Below are positions 63,103 to 64,000 of a stretch of 64,000 nt of DNA, in pieces (the stretch's first letter is position 1; each line of letters starts with the position of its first letter). The position numbers were made by a program, and so were the translations under genes. The DNA is from Bdellovibrionales bacterium (lineage in GTDB: Bacteria; Bdellovibrionota; Bdellovibrionia; Bdellovibrionales; UBA1609), in NCBI GenBank assembly GCA_965204055.1, contig OZ241967.1, positions 322,144 through 386,143 of the forward strand, given 5' to 3'. The notes beneath the pieces were generated by a model. That model was not told the origin of the DNA. It was given only the letters and a program-made list of their open reading frames with translations, and searched no databases.

Positions 63103-63801
63103 GTGGTTTTTATGTTATCTGACTTTTGTAGAAGAATACATAATACTGTTTCGTATTTTAGACCTTTGTTTGTGGTGTTTTTTTTATCAGCTTCTATTTG
63201 TGTAAGTTGTTGGACAGACCCTTCTTCTGAAAGTAGCTTGATAAATGCTGATTCCGTAAGTGCCTCTATAGACGCTGATTCTAATAAAGAAAAATATTAT
63301 TTTTTTTGTGACTATTGGGGTGTGCCTTTAATAGATAAAACTAATCATTCCCACACTACTTTTGACCGGGTTTTTTCTTATGAAAAATTTCCTGTTGGTT
63401 TTAAAGCTGATTTTAAAGAGTCCACTTTGCAACCCGTTAAAGAAAAGCAGAAATTTTTATATACTTCTTTTTCTGCTGGACAAGTTTGTGCTGAATGCGC
63501 TCATTGGAAAGTTTTTAATGTCTATCGGTTTAATAGGGAAACTGGGACCCTTACCCACTCTTTTGTTTATTATACCCCGAAAGAAGATTATGAAAACAAA
63601 CTTACAGAGCAGAAAAACAATCCGTATGCTATTCCTTATAGCCAAGGGCCTTTGGAATTTATAGAAAGGGATAAATCCACACCAGCAAATTATGTCCAAT
63701 TTGGTTTTGACAAAAGTGAATGGCGTTGTCAGGAAATATCTCTCCTTAGATACCAATGGAAACGGATCATTTTAGGGATATTACGCTCTCTTGCTATATA
63801 A
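63103..63801 (+). CDS. Hypothetical exported protein
   Basis: 232-aa ORF with a hydrophobic N-terminus (FRPLFVVFFLSASICVSC, lipobox-like). Confidence 0.5.
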   Translation: MVFMLSDFCRRIHNTVSYFRPLFVVFFLSASICVSCWTDPSSESSLINADSVSASIDADSNKEKYYFFCDYWGVPLIDKTNHSHTTFDRVFSYEKFPVGFKADFKESTLQPVKEKQKFLYTSFSAGQVCAECAHWKVFNVYRFNRETGTLTHSFVYYTPKEDYENKLTEQKNNPYAIPYSQGPLEFIERDKSTPANYVQFGFDKSEWRCQEISLLRYQWKRIILGILRSLAI

Positions 63802-63811
63802 AAACCTAATT

Positions 63812-63890
63812 AGTGGCCCGTGAAAGAGGGTGTTATTTTGACTGGATGCTCACTTGAAAAACGTTGAAAGCCTTTTAGGCTTTCATTGTT
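63812..63890. mobile_element. Truncated MITE-like element (core type B)
   Basis: Left end AGTGGCCCGTGAAAGAGG, and a core GTTATTTTGACTGGATGCTCACTTGAAAAACG...GGCTTTCATT matching 39950-40010. The right half is missing. Confidence 0.55.
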
Positions 63891-64000
63891 TCTCACTTTA
63901 GTTAAATTTTATTTTGTCCTCTTTTAAAGGCTTTGTGTGAAATATTTACACTCCTGATTATTTGTCCTTGTTTTTTTATAATTTAACAGGTTTTTTTATT

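Noticed and set aside
1-64000. Scan for rRNA, tRNA, tmRNA, CRISPR, integrase or att sites, reverse transcriptase (retron or DGR)
   Set aside because: Nothing convincing was seen by eye on either strand. Absence cannot be proven without covariance-model searches.

Overview
Visibly AT-rich chromosomal segment of a Gram-negative bacterium. The taxon cannot be fixed from sequence alone, and all family calls come from motifs read by eye; no searches were run. Housekeeping blocks: a TonB2/Ttp-type energy-transduction cluster at 1-11.5 kb (TBDR fragment, DUF3450, TtpC-like MotA/ExbB, ExbB, ExbD, TonB, TPR protein); murG-murC-murB on the minus strand at 15.4-19.1 kb; a FadJ/FadB-type bifunctional beta-oxidation enzyme; a BCCT transporter; class I FBP aldolase; lysS; nusB; pyrC. 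Accessory DNA lies between them. (1) 25-37 kb: an island with three diverged AAA+/DUF4143 ATPase-nuclease paralogues, a phage-type Dam-like gene with an NPPH motif, an orphan ABC-type (AAA_21-like) ATPase, a Sel1 protein and an Rpn-family pseudogene. (2) 39.5-49 kb: eroded defence-gene scraps, then an hsdM...hsdS locus fused onto the 3' side of lysS. It has no hsdR but carries three predicted HEPN proteins, and a minimal nucleotidyltransferase reads straight into HsdS as one ORF. A DUF4258-like/HTH toxin-antitoxin pair follows. (3) 49.5-52 kb: a gene for a prepilin-leader protein with tail-fibre-like repeats and a collagen run. A 15-nt poly-C tract sits 20 nt into the ORF, and a pilin scrap truncated by an IS fragment follows. 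(4) 55.8-60 kb: a type II R-M cassette bracketed by about 55-bp direct repeats, next to a 1610-bp IS5-family element with a frameshifted transposase and an ATTT target duplication. At least nine MITE-like elements share the terminal inverted repeats of that IS. Tandem repeats are pervasive: a triplicated small-gene unit with a 21-bp ladder, 64-bp, 41-bp and 32-bp upstream arrays, a 210-bp intragenic repeat and an octanucleotide SSR. No rRNA, tRNA or CRISPR array was recognised. The best candidates for something new are the hsdR-less hsdM/MNT-hsdS/HEPN locus and the phase-variable pilin-collagen protein.
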